Shown in pieces: positions 35,591 to 36,727 of a stretch of 36,727 bases of DNA. The translations under genes were made by a program, and so were the position numbers. The notes beneath the pieces are model-generated. The model ran no database searches. It was not told where the DNA came from and saw nothing but the letters and a program-made list of their open reading frames with translations. The first letter of the stretch is position 1, and every line of letters starts with the position of its first letter. Source of the stretch: Planctomycetota bacterium. Lineage in GTDB: Bacteria; Planctomycetota; Brocadiia; SM23-32. Where the stretch lies: contig DAOVRD010000003.1 in NCBI GenBank assembly GCA_030628375.1, forward strand, positions 1 through 36,727, given 5' to 3'.

Positions 35591-36169
35591 TTATTCGCCT
35601 AATGGGGCCAGTTTGACGGCGGTGCCGTAGGCCAGTAGCTCGGCGGCGGTTCCGACCACACTGGTGGTCATGAATCGGACGTTGACAACGGCGTCAGCCC
35701 CCAACTCGGCGGCCTGCTCAAGCATCCTCTGCAACGCGATGGATCGGGCCTTGCCCATCATCTCCGTGTACTCGGTCAGCTCGCCGCCAAGGATCAGCCT
35801 TACGAGCGCGGAGATGTCTTTGCCCAGCCAGATGGCGTAGATGGTGTGCCCCTTCACTAACCCGAGCGCTTCGGTCACCTCCCGTCCTGGAACACGGTCG
35901 GTGTTCCCCATCATGATACCGGGCATGTCCCCCACATCCGGTTCGGCCCCCTTCGGCGCGTAGAGGCGCTGCTCGATGGCCACCGTAACGAGCACAACGA
36001 CGATGCCGCCCAGCAGCAGGTAGACTGCCGCCTTGATCCACAACGGCAGCCGCCCGCCTATGGTGGGGTCATTGAGCTCTGTAACGAGCCAGGGCATCGC
36101 CACGAAAATGAGGCCAAAGAACCCCAACACAAACGCCAACGATCCCAGACACCTGATCCCTTTGAGCAT
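35591..36169 (-). CDS. YbjQ/UPF0145 family protein with two N-terminal TM helices
   Basis: LGLVKG, GGELTEYTEMM..AR, GADAVVNVRF and LAYGTAV motifs. Confidence 0.9.
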   Translation of the reverse strand: MLKGIRCLGSLAFVLGFFGLIFVAMPWLVTELNDPTIGGRLPLWIKAAVYLLLGGIVVVLVTVAIEQRLYAPKGAEPDVGDMPGIMMGNTDRVPGREVTEALGLVKGHTIYAIWLGKDISALVRLILGGELTEYTEMMGKARSIALQRMLEQAAELGADAVVNVRFMTTSVVGTAAELLAYGTAVKLAPLGE

Positions 36170-36385
36170 TTCCTCCCCCTTTCCTGCACGCGGGAAGTTC
36201 CTCTCTTGCGGCCTCCGCAGTGGTAGGGCACGGTCCGCCAGTACGGCAGGCGGATGCCCCTACGAAAACGGATCGGGCCTACCGGGATGGCCGACGCCCA
36301 ATGGCCACCCGGCGAGCCACACGGCGGTCGCTCGAGGACAACACAATACACTGTGCTGGTGGGCGTTACAAGACGCTCGGGCCGA

Positions 36386-36414
36386 TTGACGGCGCGGCGC
36401 GCGAGGACTATGCT
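36386..36414 (+). promoter_or_regulatory. Putative sigma70 promoter for the gene starting at 36503
   Basis: TTGACG-N17-TATGCT. Confidence 0.5.
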
Positions 36415-36502
36415 GATGGCCCAGGCGCATGGTCCGCCGCTCTGCGCGGCGCCCTCTGCGCGCGCGTCACCGTGCGCTCAAGTCCAGCAGGAGGCACAGA
36501 GA

Positions 36503-36610
36503 ATGCCTGATACCGTTACGCGGCCGGAAGAGCCCGATGTGCCCGTTCTGCACGACGTGGACGTGATAGTGGTCGGCGGCGGTCCCGGAGGCATCGGGGC
36601 GGCCGTCGCC
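36503..36610 (+). CDS. N-terminus of an FAD-dependent oxidoreductase (truncated or chimeric)
   Basis: AGGAGG RBS, then [36 protein letters not shown] (Rossmann GxGxxG). Not listed in the ORF track. Confidence 0.75.
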
Positions 36611-36727
36611 GTCGCTATCGGCCTGGTCGGGGTTGGGTTCGGTTGGGCAGTTGTCGCACAGATCGCCGATGTTGTCGCCGTCGGTATCGGCCTGGCCGGG
36701 GTTGGATTGGGTTGGGCAGTTATCGCA
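36600..36727 (-). CDS. Fragment of a thrombospondin type-3 repeat protein
   Basis: The minus strand from base 36727 reads [42 protein letters not shown] (69-nt repeat unit). Confidence 0.85.

Overview
GC-rich bacterial chromosomal window, probably from an anaerobic Planctomycetota-like organism (my inference from gene content). The left ~21 kb is mostly minus-strand accessory and metabolic genes: secreted LRR/HEAT, beta-helix and lyase-like proteins, an M55 peptidase, a eukaryote-like GalK/GalNAc kinase, a serine hydrolase-DUF4185 fusion, a macrodomain, rubrerythrin, a diphthine-ammonia-ligase-like ATPase, a URO-D family protein, two tandem PAS-GGDEF cyclases, a STAS protein and GTP-PEPCK. 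The right part is a plus-strand cluster (prmC, murA, S55 peptidase, beta-propeller protein, YfhO, sulfatase-like protein) followed by tRNA-Gln and tRNA-Glu. The most unusual signals are non-coding. (1) A ~1.7 kb islet without an integrase lies between tRNA-Glu and a diverged 3' copy of it, carrying a small GIY-YIG nuclease behind nested palindromes. (2) Tiny 18-19 nt CCGCC-Nn-GGCGG palindromes sit directly after TTCGCGAA inside two unrelated repeat elements. (3) A ~180 bp direct repeat brackets the serine hydrolase gene. (4) There are three distinct GTAG-headed REP-like families. (5) A candidate structured leader RNA precedes pckG. (6) At the window end, an FAD oxidoreductase start runs head-on into thrombospondin-3 repeats, possibly an assembly chimera. 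All family assignments come from reading motifs by eye; no searches were run.
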